DNA of 64,000 bases. It comes from Candidatus Latescibacterota bacterium (GTDB lineage Bacteria; Latescibacterota; UBA2968; GCA-2709665). Every line of letters starts with the position of its first letter. The first letter of the stretch is position 1. The notes beneath the pieces are model-generated. The model ran no database searches. It worked only from the letters and a program-made list of their open reading frames with translations, and was not told where the DNA came from. This document shows, in pieces, positions 28,086 to 37,733 of this stretch. Made by a program: the position numbers and the translations under genes. The DNA lies in assembly GCA_965116875.1 (NCBI GenBank), contig OZ220733.1:1024001-1088000 (forward strand), in the 5' to 3' direction.

Positions 28086-28844
28086 CTACCTCACGGGTTC
28101 GGAGTACCACCCGTTCCAGGCCCGTTTCCATCGCCGGAACAGTGCGATAAATAACGGGTTCGTCCAGACCATGATCTTCCAGACCGGCCACTTGTCAAAG
28201 CGCCGGCAGGAAGGCTGAACCCGCGGTTCCCGGATAAATCTGACCCTACTGCCCGTTGACCTTGCCAGCCTGTTCAGCGTCCAGTAGAAGTCGACGTCCT
28301 CGCCTATCCAGACGTTCTCGTCGTAGCCGCCTGTCTGCTCAAAGATGCACCTTCGACAGAATTGGGCAGCCCCTTGAACCATCCCCATGGCGCGACCAAA
28401 GACCCGCCAGGCGCCAAGATAGAGCCGTACGGCGAGGCGTCGAGGTCGATAGTCTACGTCCACGCCACCTCCGATGCACTGTGGATCGCCCATCGCCAGG
28501 TGTATGGTATGGAGCAGATCGTTCGGAACGATGACGTCGGCGTCGATAAAGACCAACACATCCCCCGCCCCATGACGCGCTCCCGTGTTGCGCGCGCGGG
28601 AGATGCCCTGCACCGGCTCGAAAACAACCGTCGCCCCGCTGGCACGTGCAATGTCGGCGGTTCCATCCACGCTGTTGTTGTCCACGACGATCGTCTCGAC
28701 GCACGCGTTCGACCCCGTGGTCAGCAGTTCCGCCGCGGCACGGATCGAGTCCAGAGTCGCGGCGAGATACGCCTCTTCATTGAAGGCGGGAACGATGACC
28801 GTGAACTGCAGACTGGAATCCGTCGGACCATTGTCGATCGTCAT
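28086..28844 (-). CDS. family 2 glycosyltransferase
   Basis: IVPAFNEE, VVDNNSVD, FIDAD and GGYDE..GED motifs. Confidence 0.9.
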   Translation of the reverse strand: MTIDNGPTDSSLQFTVIVPAFNEEAYLAATLDSIRAAAELLTTGSNACVETIVVDNNSVDGTADIARASGATVVFEPVQGISRARNTGARHGAGDVLVFIDADVIVPNDLLHTIHLAMGDPQCIGGGVDVDYRPRRLAVRLYLGAWRVFGRAMGMVQGAAQFCRRCIFEQTGGYDENVWIGEDVDFYWTLNRLARSTGSRVRFIREPRVQPSCRRFDKWPVWKIMVWTNPLFIALFRRWKRAWNGWYSEPVR

Positions 28845-28895
28845 TCCTCCGCAAATTTGACGCGGTCCCTTCAGGCGATTAACACGTGTATCCTC

Positions 28896-30032
28896 TCACG
28901 GTCCCCCCAGAACCTTACGCAACCGCTCGCCGACGACCTCCAGGTCCTCGTCCGTCAACGTGGGCACCGACACGTGGAGCGCGTCTCCGTAATCCCCCAG
29001 CACAATGCTCGGCCGGCCCTCCTTCAGTTCGTCCAGGACCTGCGACGGGGATTTTCCGAGGTCCTTCTCGTCAAAACGGATCCGCAGACCGCTGCCGAGA
29101 CCTCGTTTTTCCGTCACGTGTTCGATTTGGATGTATGGAATTCCTTCCAATAGACGGCAGAGTTCGTCAGCCTTGCGCCGGTGATCGGCGAACCGCGCCT
29201 CGTGGTCCATTTCAAACCATTCCTTCAGCGCGGCCGTCACGGCAATCACTTCCTGGCGGTCCACCTTCAGGGGACGGCCCACCGTTCGCCGTTCCTCGGT
29301 TTCGAACCCGATAAAGCCCTGCACGAAAGCCGCGTCCACCAGGTCCTTCCGCCCGCACATGATCCCCGTGGAGTTGCACGCGCCGAAATATTTCGCGCCG
29401 TACCCCACCACGTCCGCGCCCATCCGGGGGTACCGGCACATGACGTCCAGCGGGAATACCTGCGAAGCCGCGTCCACGATCACCGCAACGCCGCGGCCCC
29501 TCGCGATGGCCATGGCGTCTTCCAGCGGGACAACGCCCGACCCGCCGCCCGGGGCGACGTACAGCAGGCCGGCCGTGCGATCGGTCATCGCCGCCTCCAA
29601 CTGGCTCGCGCTCGTGCCGTCCCCGCCTCCCACCTCCACCAGCTTTCCGCCGTACACCGTCACGCAGCGCTCGTACTTGTACCGCTGCCTGGACTGAATC
29701 AGAAACTCGTCGCGCATCCCGGTTGTGTCGGGCAGTCGTTCCATCCTGCCGCGGTCGTTTCCAGTCATGCACGCGGCCGACCCCAGCGCCAGCACGGACG
29801 CGCATCCGGGCGTGACCAGCGCCGCCTCCGCCCCCAGCATCCCGGCGATCACTTCGCCGGAACGCTTCAGCAGTTCCTTCATATCGGCAAAATACCGGTT
29901 CGCGTCCTGCATCGCCCGGAGCACCCCGGGAGACAGCCGCGACCCACCCAGCACCGTCTGGCTTCCCATCGCGTTGATTACGGGGTTCACGCCCAGGTCT
30001 TCGTAGATCCGTCGTCCACTCTCGCTGTCCAT
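28896..30032 (-). CDS. SelA-like PLP-dependent enzyme (short SelA-related/DgaE-like type)
   Basis: VINAMGSQTVLGGS, IVDAA, YGAKYFG and GRPLKVDRQE; shorter than canonical SelA. Confidence 0.75.
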   Translation of the reverse strand: MDSESGRRIYEDLGVNPVINAMGSQTVLGGSRLSPGVLRAMQDANRYFADMKELLKRSGEVIAGMLGAEAALVTPGCASVLALGSAACMTGNDRGRMERLPDTTGMRDEFLIQSRQRYKYERCVTVYGGKLVEVGGGDGTSASQLEAAMTDRTAGLLYVAPGGGSGVVPLEDAMAIARGRGVAVIVDAASQVFPLDVMCRYPRMGADVVGYGAKYFGACNSTGIMCGRKDLVDAAFVQGFIGFETEERRTVGRPLKVDRQEVIAVTAALKEWFEMDHEARFADHRRKADELCRLLEGIPYIQIEHVTEKRGLGSGLRIRFDEKDLGKSPSQVLDELKEGRPSIVLGDYGDALHVSVPTLTDEDLEVVGERLRKVLGGP

Positions 30033-30085
30033 ATGCGCCTCATCGCAGGGAAATGATCCGGCAACTGAAACGATCGCGCCTTCCT

Positions 30086-30149
30086 TAACAGCCCGTTGAA
30101 AAAGCCCATCCGGCCTCGCCTGCAGAGCGACTTTCTCAACGGACTGTTA
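30086..30149. mobile_element. miniature inverted-repeat element remnant
   Basis: 19-bp terminal inverted repeats TAACAGCCCGTTGAAAAAG / CTTTCTCAACGGACTGTTA with 2 mismatches. Confidence 0.55.
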
Positions 30150-30216
30150 TTTACCGCCACCGCAGACAAGATAGCTTTCCTGGATTCGCCGATCAATTCC
30201 TTTCTGTGCGCGAAAG

Positions 30217-30247
30217 AAAACAGGGCGACCACAAGGGTCGCCCTTAC
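30217..30247 (-). repeat. GTAG-type REP-like palindrome, copy 1
   Basis: AGGGCGACC-ACAA-GGGTCGCCCTTAC, also present at about 32560 and 36320. Confidence 0.7.
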
Positions 30248-30378
30248 CATCCTGAATCCCCGGGAGGGCTCCGCCAGACCGGACTGCGGATTCAGTTGAT
30301 TCTTCAGTTGGCCTCAGTACAACCGTGCCCCTCGATCGTTTGCCCGGTGACGAAACCATCGGTTGACGTCGAGGAAAT

Positions 30379-32433
30379 TCAATTGTCCTTACCAAAACCT
30401 GGAATACCGGATTCGAAAAGATATGCGATTTTCGCAAACACGGCCCGATTACCCGGCCTGCCATTCACGAATACAAAGTAAATGTGGCTCTCCGGTGTGA
30501 ATTCGTAATCGAAAATGGCATTGAAACTGAGGGACGTTTCATCCCGTAGTCGTTCTTCAATGCGTTCAATATAGATGAGCCAACCAACCCTTCGAGTCAG
30601 CTGGTAGTTGCCGCGTAGCCGGAATACATTCGTTTTGCGAATTGCATCCCACGAAAGATAGCCAAGAGTGACATCCAAAGTTGTTTTTTCCAAAACGTTG
30701 AGACCTGCGGAGAAACTGGAATATCGGCTGATTTGCCCCCGTCGAAGCCCGATTCGACCAAATGTGCTCAGGTGCCACCGCTGTGCCGCGTAATTGACCT
30801 CTGAACCAAGAAACCTGGTATCGAAGAGTTGACCGACTTCGCGCAGTGCGCCGAAACCACCGAACGTCACGAAATCGATCCGGCCAATTTCGACATTGAA
30901 CCTGAGCTCGTTACGCCGTTCGCTCAGCAGCTTATCCGCGTTGGTTTGGTATGCGTGGTACATTTCAGCCGTCAATGACCGCACGAGCCGGGTCTCCGGC
31001 AGTCCGTAACTGTATCTTGCCCTGGCACGCTTGCGGTGGAACGCGTCATCTTCAAGTCCAATCTCGTTGGGACGAAAGCCGTCCTGGATTTCTTCAACCC
31101 CGACCTGGGCCATCCAACCTCTGTGCACCCAGGTCAGTTCGTGATGGTAAGCGCTATGGGTCCGGCCGCCGATGGAATTGACGGCAAATTGGGACGAAGC
31201 CGTCAGGTCTCTGCCAAATCCGAATCGACCATTGAGAGACAGAAGCAGCACATCCCTGTCTTCCTGGTGTTTCCGGACACCCATGAACCCAACGACCGTC
31301 CGCTCGCCAACGTCCCAGTTGACACGACTGGCCAGGAGATTCGCCTGCTTCTTGCGATCTCCATCGTATCGGTCTATCATCTTTCCGTACGTGTTGATTA
31401 TTGCGACATTCGCTGCGCCAAATCTGCCAGCCACTTTCGTCCCGATATCGATTTCCTGAACTCGGCGGGTATAGTACAGATTCAGCGGTAACGTGAACAG
31501 TTCCGCGCCTTCCCGAAAAAATGGTCTGCGTTCCGGTAGTGAGAGCTCCCGGTCGCTGGCAATGTTGATTTGGGTGGGGTCACTTTCCAACTGGGAAAAG
31601 TCCGGGTTGAATGTCACATTCGAGGTAAGGTGCGTCGAGACCGGTACAATAAAGTCCAGGCCTCCTTCGTAATCGTCCTGGCGGTCTTCAATCGTACGAT
31701 AGGCGGCGTAGGGAAGAATGCCGATTTTCGGTTCAAACCGAATCTCGCCAAGATTCAATCCGGTCAAATCGCCGAACTCGGATACACGGCCGAAAAATGC
31801 AGAAGGCGCCCAGGAATAGGATTGACCGCTTATCGGATGCGTCCTCCAGAAGTTGATTCCCCATGTCGAATTGTGCGGATCGAACCGGAGTACCCGAAAC
31901 GGGATCGAGAATTCGGCGGTCCACCCATGACGGTGTTTTCGTACCTTCGATTCCCATATTGCATCCCAACTCATGTCGAAAACACTCTCATTGCTTATGC
32001 GTTCGTCCATCTGTGTGCCAAGTGTATTTGTTGCGAAAACGTAACAGTTGCGACGGTCTCGATAGGTATCCACCATCACCTCTACGCAGTCGTTTTGCCA
32101 GATCCGGGAATCGCGACGGGTCATTGTTTCCCGCAGATTCCCCATATCCGGTTCTTCACAGTAGATGCCTATATAGAGCGCCTCTTCGTCGTACAATATC
32201 CTGACTTCCGTTTTCAGCCGCGACGGGTGAATACTGCCCTCCTTTACACGGAAGAAGCCGGTCGCAATCCGTGCTTGTTGCCATACGGGATCGGAAAGCT
32301 CGCCATCGATTACGGGTGCGGTTTTCACCCTGACGGCTTGAGCGACGCGGGTCCGGTGCTGATCCTCGGCGCCCAAGGATACGGGCATCAGCAACGTCGC
32401 GACGACACTACAGATGTGTAAACGCTTTTTCAT
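30379..32433 (-). CDS. CBM9-like plus DUF5916 outer-membrane protein
   Basis: Signal peptide, PVIDGELSDPVW, WTAEFSIPF, NPDFSQLESD and PERRPFFREG motifs. Confidence 0.8.
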   Translation of the reverse strand: MKKRLHICSVVATLLMPVSLGAEDQHRTRVAQAVRVKTAPVIDGELSDPVWQQARIATGFFRVKEGSIHPSRLKTEVRILYDEEALYIGIYCEEPDMGNLRETMTRRDSRIWQNDCVEVMVDTYRDRRNCYVFATNTLGTQMDERISNESVFDMSWDAIWESKVRKHRHGWTAEFSIPFRVLRFDPHNSTWGINFWRTHPISGQSYSWAPSAFFGRVSEFGDLTGLNLGEIRFEPKIGILPYAAYRTIEDRQDDYEGGLDFIVPVSTHLTSNVTFNPDFSQLESDPTQINIASDRELSLPERRPFFREGAELFTLPLNLYYTRRVQEIDIGTKVAGRFGAANVAIINTYGKMIDRYDGDRKKQANLLASRVNWDVGERTVVGFMGVRKHQEDRDVLLLSLNGRFGFGRDLTASSQFAVNSIGGRTHSAYHHELTWVHRGWMAQVGVEEIQDGFRPNEIGLEDDAFHRKRARARYSYGLPETRLVRSLTAEMYHAYQTNADKLLSERRNELRFNVEIGRIDFVTFGGFGALREVGQLFDTRFLGSEVNYAAQRWHLSTFGRIGLRRGQISRYSSFSAGLNVLEKTTLDVTLGYLSWDAIRKTNVFRLRGNYQLTRRVGWLIYIERIEERLRDETSLSFNAIFDYEFTPESHIYFVFVNGRPGNRAVFAKIAYLFESGIPGFGKDN

Positions 32434-32494
32434 CGTGAGAACCGATTCAATCGCATTATCCTCCAAATGAACGACTGTAAGGGATACCTATCGG

Positions 32495-32587
32495 CCGATC
32501 CTCCGCACTTACACCCTTCAGGATGCACTCCGGAAGGCCCTTCAAAACGCACGATAAAACAGGGCGACCACAAGGGTCGCCCCTACG
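32495..32587 (+). repeat. 93-bp direct repeat containing the REP-like palindrome (left copy)
   Basis: Near-identical to 36255..36347. Confidence 0.85.
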
Positions 32588-32624
32588 ATTTACTGGTAAG
32601 CCGATCTCTGTAGATGTGAATTCC

Positions 32625-34454
32625 TCATCCGCGAACTGATGCGCTCAATTCTCCGTGCCACAGCTTTTGCATCTCGTTGCAGCTTTTGAGCAGCACGTCC
32701 AATGTTCCCTCGGCGTCAACTCGTCCATCCTTGAGGACGATGATATTGTCCGCGCGCCTCAAGGCGGCTCGGCGGTGCGATACAACGAGATACGTGCTGA
32801 CGACACGTCCGGGGGGGGTCATTTCCGTCTGTCCAAATACACGACGCCACAATGTCTGCTCCGTCTCCACGTCGAGGGCACTGGAAAGATCGTCGAATAC
32901 AACCAGTTCAGGTTCACGGACCAGCGCCCGCGCCGCCGCCGTTCTTAGTACCTGACCGCCGGAAAGTTTCACGCCCCTCGGACCGATCCTTGTATCCAGT
33001 CCGTCGGCAAGCATCTCCAGATCGTCTTCCATTGCCGCTTTCCGTATTGACGCAGGCAGGTCGACGCGCTCTGGGGGCAGGCCCATGAGGATATTGTCCT
33101 GTAGCGTGTCGCTGAAGAGCCTTGGGACCTGCGGCGTATAGGCGCAACGCGGCGGCACGAAGAACGATGCCGGATCCGAAACCCGTTCGCCGTTCCAGTA
33201 TATGTCTCCGCCATCCCTGGGAAGAAAACCCAACAGAGACTCCAGAAGCGTCGTCTTTCCGGACCCGATTCGTCCTGTGATGACCGTTACCGTCCCGGCT
33301 TCCAGTCGCAGGTCTATCCCGTCAATTCCCCGACCCGTTTCCGAATGAATGAAGCTCAAGCCTCCGACCTCCAGTGTTTGCAAACGGTCGGTGCTCTCTT
33401 TTTCGATGAATGGCACGGCGGGCAAGTCACCCCGCAGGTAAACCGTACCGGGACGGACGAGCGATTCCCGTGAAATCCCGGGCAAGAGTTCAAGAAGTCG
33501 CTCTATGGAAACGTCAGCCTGCTTGAGCGCGGCCAGCAAGGCTCCCAGGCGTTCTGCAAATGCCAATACCGTGATCTCGCCCAGGGCGATGTAACTGACA
33601 AACAGTGCGAAGTCACCAACGGTAAAGTCCCCCGCGCGCATCAGTTCAGCGGCGAATATCAGGATTACGCCGGTCGCCAGGTTGATTGTCGTCGAGTTAA
33701 TCGATGCCAGCAGCCGGTTGAAAAGGCGTTCCCGGATAACCGCTCTGCGCCGTGCTTCGTTGAGCCTTTCGACGTGCTGGACGGTGTTTGCCTCGCTGTT
33801 TGAAGCCTTGACCGCCAATACCGCCCCGAAGAGGTCACCAAGAAAACCGCTGACACGGCCCGTCGTCCTCCGGCTCTCGTGTCGAAATGACTGAATGCGC
33901 CTGCCCATTCCGTTCGCAAGGAGTACGATGGCGATCATCGGTATGAATGCCAGAAACGTGATATAGGGATTGACACTCAACAGTACCGCAAATGCAAAAA
34001 CTGCAGCCGCGGCGTGTCCGATCAGGGCCAGGAAAATCATTAACGGCGCAATCGCTCCGTCGATATCGTCGTCCAGACGATTGACGATTTCTCCCGGACC
34101 ATGTTCAGCACGGCCATCCGAGGCCTGCAGGAGACGATTGAACAGATTCCCACGGATGAGTGTTTTGAGTTTGCCTTCGAAATACGCGTAGTTCGCGGCG
34201 TATCCCTGCTCGAAAATCTGTACGGTCAATCGAGTCGCAAGAAAGAGAATAACCAGGACCGAGATGCCGAAGCGGACATCACCTTCCCCTGCCAACGCGT
34301 CGAAGAATGCACGGAGGATCAGACCGACGATCAGCGGGAAACCGTAATACCCCAAGGAAAGGAGGATACCGAGAAAAAACAGCCAGGGGCTGATCCCGAT
34401 CAGCCTTCGGAAATAGCGTGATCTTCCTTTGTTACTTTCGACAAAGCGGTTCAT
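32625..34454 (-). CDS. ABC exporter, fused permease/ATPase (heterodimer subunit 2)
   Basis: TM domain, GRIGSGKT, LSGGQ and VFDD motifs. Confidence 0.9.
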   Translation of the reverse strand: MNRFVESNKGRSRYFRRLIGISPWLFFLGILLSLGYYGFPLIVGLILRAFFDALAGEGDVRFGISVLVILFLATRLTVQIFEQGYAANYAYFEGKLKTLIRGNLFNRLLQASDGRAEHGPGEIVNRLDDDIDGAIAPLMIFLALIGHAAAAVFAFAVLLSVNPYITFLAFIPMIAIVLLANGMGRRIQSFRHESRRTTGRVSGFLGDLFGAVLAVKASNSEANTVQHVERLNEARRRAVIRERLFNRLLASINSTTINLATGVILIFAAELMRAGDFTVGDFALFVSYIALGEITVLAFAERLGALLAALKQADVSIERLLELLPGISRESLVRPGTVYLRGDLPAVPFIEKESTDRLQTLEVGGLSFIHSETGRGIDGIDLRLEAGTVTVITGRIGSGKTTLLESLLGFLPRDGGDIYWNGERVSDPASFFVPPRCAYTPQVPRLFSDTLQDNILMGLPPERVDLPASIRKAAMEDDLEMLADGLDTRIGPRGVKLSGGQVLRTAAARALVREPELVVFDDLSSALDVETEQTLWRRVFGQTEMTPPGRVVSTYLVVSHRRAALRRADNIIVLKDGRVDAEGTLDVLLKSCNEMQKLWHGELSASVRG

Positions 34455-36211
34455 CGCAGAACCCCTTCCAACCCCGTACGCAACAGACCGGAGAAGATGG
34501 AATCGGGATTCTTCACCAGATTCGCGTAAGTACCATGTTCTTTCATCCGTCCTTCTTCGAGAATCATGATTTCGTCGGCACGATATACTGTCGAAAGACG
34601 ATGTGCGATGACAATCGCGGTCCGATTCCGGAGGAGGGCGTCCATCGCGCGTTGCATGCGTCGTTCGGTAGCCGCATCCAGACGCGACGACGCTTCGTCC
34701 AGAATCAGCAAACCGGGGTCCCTCAGGAAAACCCTTGCAAACGCCACCAACTGCGCCTCGCCCGCGGAAAGTCCGCTCCCACCCGGCGGCATCTGCGAAT
34801 CGAGACCCAGGGGAAGCGACGCGTACCAGGGGCCAAGTCCCACAACGCGGAGCGCGTCTATAACGCGATTATCCCCAATGGATCCATCAAAAAGCGTCAG
34901 GTTATCCCGGACCGACGCCTGAAACAGCTGTACGTCCTGCGTGACCAATCCAACGTGTGCGCGGAGGTTGGACAACCGCGGTTCCCGAATGTCCGTACCG
35001 CTCAGGCGGATCGAACCGCCGCAGGCGTCGCAGAGCCGGAACAGCAGACGGGAAAGCGTGGTCTTTCCGCTCCCTGTGCGTCCCAGCAGACCAAGCACTT
35101 TTCCAGGTTCCAGTCGGAACGTGAGATCTTGCAGTACCGGTTTTTCTGGCTGGTAGGAAAAGCAAAGGTTCCGACACTCGACTGAAAGCGGTCCCGGCGA
35201 AAGAATCGCTCCGGGGCCGTCACGAATCTCAGGTCTGACCGTCGTGAGTTCTTCGACGCGCTGGATTCCGACCCGTATGCTCTGAAACGCTTCTACCTGC
35301 CTTTGAATCCTGTTCAGCGGTGTGTGCAGCATCTGGAGATAGTGGATCAGGAGATAGACGGTTCCGATCGTAATGACGTCCACCCGGTACAGGTATGCGC
35401 CATATGCCATTGCCGACGCAAAACCAGTTGCAAAGACGATATTCGAGATTGACCACCCCACGTCGGTGATGACATCGGCTTTGAACGCGGTTGCGAATGC
35501 TCTCCTTACAACCACATGGAAACGTCGCATCGTAAATGCGATTGCGCCGCTGGCCCGGATGTCTCTGAGGCCGGAAAGACGTTCCTCAAGAAAACCGGAC
35601 AGTTCCGCGCTGGCCTGCCGCTCGGCGTGCCAGAATGGCACCGAGATCATTTGCGCGCGAATGTGGACCGTCAGATAGACCGCCACAAAAGCTGCGAGAA
35701 TTGCACCAAGCCGCCAGTCTTCGAACATGAGGACGATCAATACGCCAAGTGACAGCATGAGGCCACCAACCAGTTCAATGACGAAATCCGAGAAGAAGGC
35801 GGCGAGCCGACCCACGTCGCCATCAACGCGTTCAATCAGTTCACCAGGCGTACGGCTGTGGTGAAACGACATATCCAGGCTCAGGATATGACCCGTCAGA
35901 TTGGACCGAAGACGGTTTGTTGCGCGCCAGCTCACGTCGCTGCAGACGTAGCTCGCGAAGGCAGACACGGCCTGGTGAACCAGCCCCACGCCGATGAACA
36001 GCAGGCCCGCGCGGGTAAGTTGCCGCAGCGATCCTCCCTCTGTTGCCGTATCGATGAAAAAACGCATAATCAACGGGTTGGCCAGCTGCAGACCAATTCC
36101 GCCGAACAACATCAGCGCCATCGCCAGAACCCGTGGCCACTGTGGCTTGAGGTAGCAGATCAACAATGTGAAATATCGGTTTCGTCGTCTCTTCATCACT
36201 GATCTTTGCAT
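34451..36211 (-). CDS. ABC exporter, fused permease/ATPase (heterodimer subunit 1)
   Basis: TM domain, GRTGSGKT, LSAGEAQ and LDEA motifs; ATGA overlap with the next gene. Confidence 0.9.
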   Translation of the reverse strand: MQRSVMKRRRNRYFTLLICYLKPQWPRVLAMALMLFGGIGLQLANPLIMRFFIDTATEGGSLRQLTRAGLLFIGVGLVHQAVSAFASYVCSDVSWRATNRLRSNLTGHILSLDMSFHHSRTPGELIERVDGDVGRLAAFFSDFVIELVGGLMLSLGVLIVLMFEDWRLGAILAAFVAVYLTVHIRAQMISVPFWHAERQASAELSGFLEERLSGLRDIRASGAIAFTMRRFHVVVRRAFATAFKADVITDVGWSISNIVFATGFASAMAYGAYLYRVDVITIGTVYLLIHYLQMLHTPLNRIQRQVEAFQSIRVGIQRVEELTTVRPEIRDGPGAILSPGPLSVECRNLCFSYQPEKPVLQDLTFRLEPGKVLGLLGRTGSGKTTLSRLLFRLCDACGGSIRLSGTDIREPRLSNLRAHVGLVTQDVQLFQASVRDNLTLFDGSIGDNRVIDALRVVGLGPWYASLPLGLDSQMPPGGSGLSAGEAQLVAFARVFLRDPGLLILDEASSRLDAATERRMQRAMDALLRNRTAIVIAHRLSTVYRADEIMILEEGRMKEHGTYANLVKNPDSIFSGLLRTGLEGVLR

Positions 36212-36254
36212 TCCATCGTCGAATCATGCTGTTTAGTACCGCGAAGAAATTCAA

Positions 36255-36347
36255 CCGATCCTTCGAATTTACACCCATCAGGATGCACTCCGGAAGGCCC
36301 TTCAAAACGCACAATAAAACAGGGCGACCACAAGGGTCGCCCCTACG
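36255..36347 (+). repeat. 93-bp direct repeat containing the REP-like palindrome (right copy)
   Basis: Near-identical to 32495..32587. Confidence 0.85.
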
Positions 36348-36502
36348 CCTTCGTCGGAATGCGGCCCGGCGGCATTGCGCGGTACATCGGCGCACTCCCG
36401 GAGGAAACCATGTCAATCCTGTAAGGCAGGAAAATTGGGGATCCCTTGCCCGATGCGCTCGGCGGAATCCCCTGACTTTTCCGGTCTTCGATTTCCTAAT
36501 CG

Positions 36503-37612
36503 CTACAACCGCGGCCGGCTGCCCGTCCCGTACCCCACGAGTTCCACGTATCCCTGCCCCATCCGCTTCCCGTCAGGACCCGTGATTTCCACGGCGCCCT
36601 CCCAGTAGAACATCGACCTGATCAATGCGCTTCGATTCTCCTGGTCCGCCATCACGGGCCGGATCGACATCCGCAGGTCCTCGCCGGGAAGTGCGACCTC
36701 CCATTGCGAGGGATACACGGCATCCGTCTCCGGGCTCCTCCAGGTCTCCTTTGCACGAATGGAAAATGATTCCGGCGCCAGGTATCTGGCCTGCCCCGCC
36801 GCAGAGACGATCGTACCGCGCGCGAAGTCCGCGGCGCCCGTGGTATCCCGCAACACGTACAGCATCACCTCGCGGCCGTCATCGAGTTGCAGGCTGAACC
36901 AGTCCCACCCCGCCTGGTGGGCTTCGAGCTGGTTCGACCCGAACTCCTTGTCCATCCAGCTCTTTCCCGTTACCGTCAGCCGCTCGCCGTTCAGCCGGAT
37001 CTCGCCCGTTGTGGCAAGGCGCGTAAAGCTGTAATACTGGCTGGCCGCGGCCTCATCCTTCCCTTTCCTGCTGAATCCGTTCGGCCCCTGGAAGACCATC
37101 GGCTTGTCGGGCCGGGTCGATAACGAGAATCCCATGCGCCGCCGGCTGTCGGTCATCGAGAAATCGAACCCGGAACCGCTCCAGCGCAGCGTCCAAAGCG
37201 CGTCGGTACCCGCCGGGGCCCGGCTCCAGGCGATCAGCGTATCGGGGTACTCGCCAATCCCGCCGAGTAGGGGCGTGATCCGGTAGATCACCTCGCTGAA
37301 GAGATGGCGCTGCGACTCGATATCGCCAATGGCCGCGTGGCCCATGATCAGGTTTCCGGTCGCCCAATCCGACGCCAGCGTGGGACGCCGCGGCAACATC
37401 CCGATCCGGAAGAACGTGAACTGGTATCCGAAGCGCCGTCCGTCCTCCGACGTCAGATGTCCCGTAAAATACCACCACTCCGTCTTGTAACCGTGACGCG
37501 CCCAGTGGTCGTGCGGGAAGGACCACGCATAGTCCGGGCGTGCGGTCTTCCACTCCCCGGCGCCGGCCGCGGGGGCGAGGGCGAGCAGACAAAAAGCGAG
37601 CGCAACCCGCAT
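36503..37612 (-). CDS. AttH/CrtC-like lipocalin-fold secreted protein
   Basis: Signal peptide, FPHDH..TEWWYFTG, WMDKEF, GWDWFSLQL, YWEG and GYVELVGY motifs. Confidence 0.85.
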   Translation of the reverse strand: MRVALAFCLLALAPAAGAGEWKTARPDYAWSFPHDHWARHGYKTEWWYFTGHLTSEDGRRFGYQFTFFRIGMLPRRPTLASDWATGNLIMGHAAIGDIESQRHLFSEVIYRITPLLGGIGEYPDTLIAWSRAPAGTDALWTLRWSGSGFDFSMTDSRRRMGFSLSTRPDKPMVFQGPNGFSRKGKDEAAASQYYSFTRLATTGEIRLNGERLTVTGKSWMDKEFGSNQLEAHQAGWDWFSLQLDDGREVMLYVLRDTTGAADFARGTIVSAAGQARYLAPESFSIRAKETWRSPETDAVYPSQWEVALPGEDLRMSIRPVMADQENRSALIRSMFYWEGAVEITGPDGKRMGQGYVELVGYGTGSRPRL

Positions 37613-37733
37613 TCTGTAATCCCAGCGGCGATCGCGCTCCGTTCTCATGGTCGATTTCACGATTCCTCGTATCGCCACAATGCGATCAACGATGGAACCG
37701 GAAAAACGACCAACAGAGTCGAATCCATTTCGG

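Noticed and set aside
28896-30032. Calling this gene selA because selD is in the window
   Set aside because: It is too short, resembles SelA-related PLP enzymes, and lies 16 kb from selD with no selB or selC nearby.
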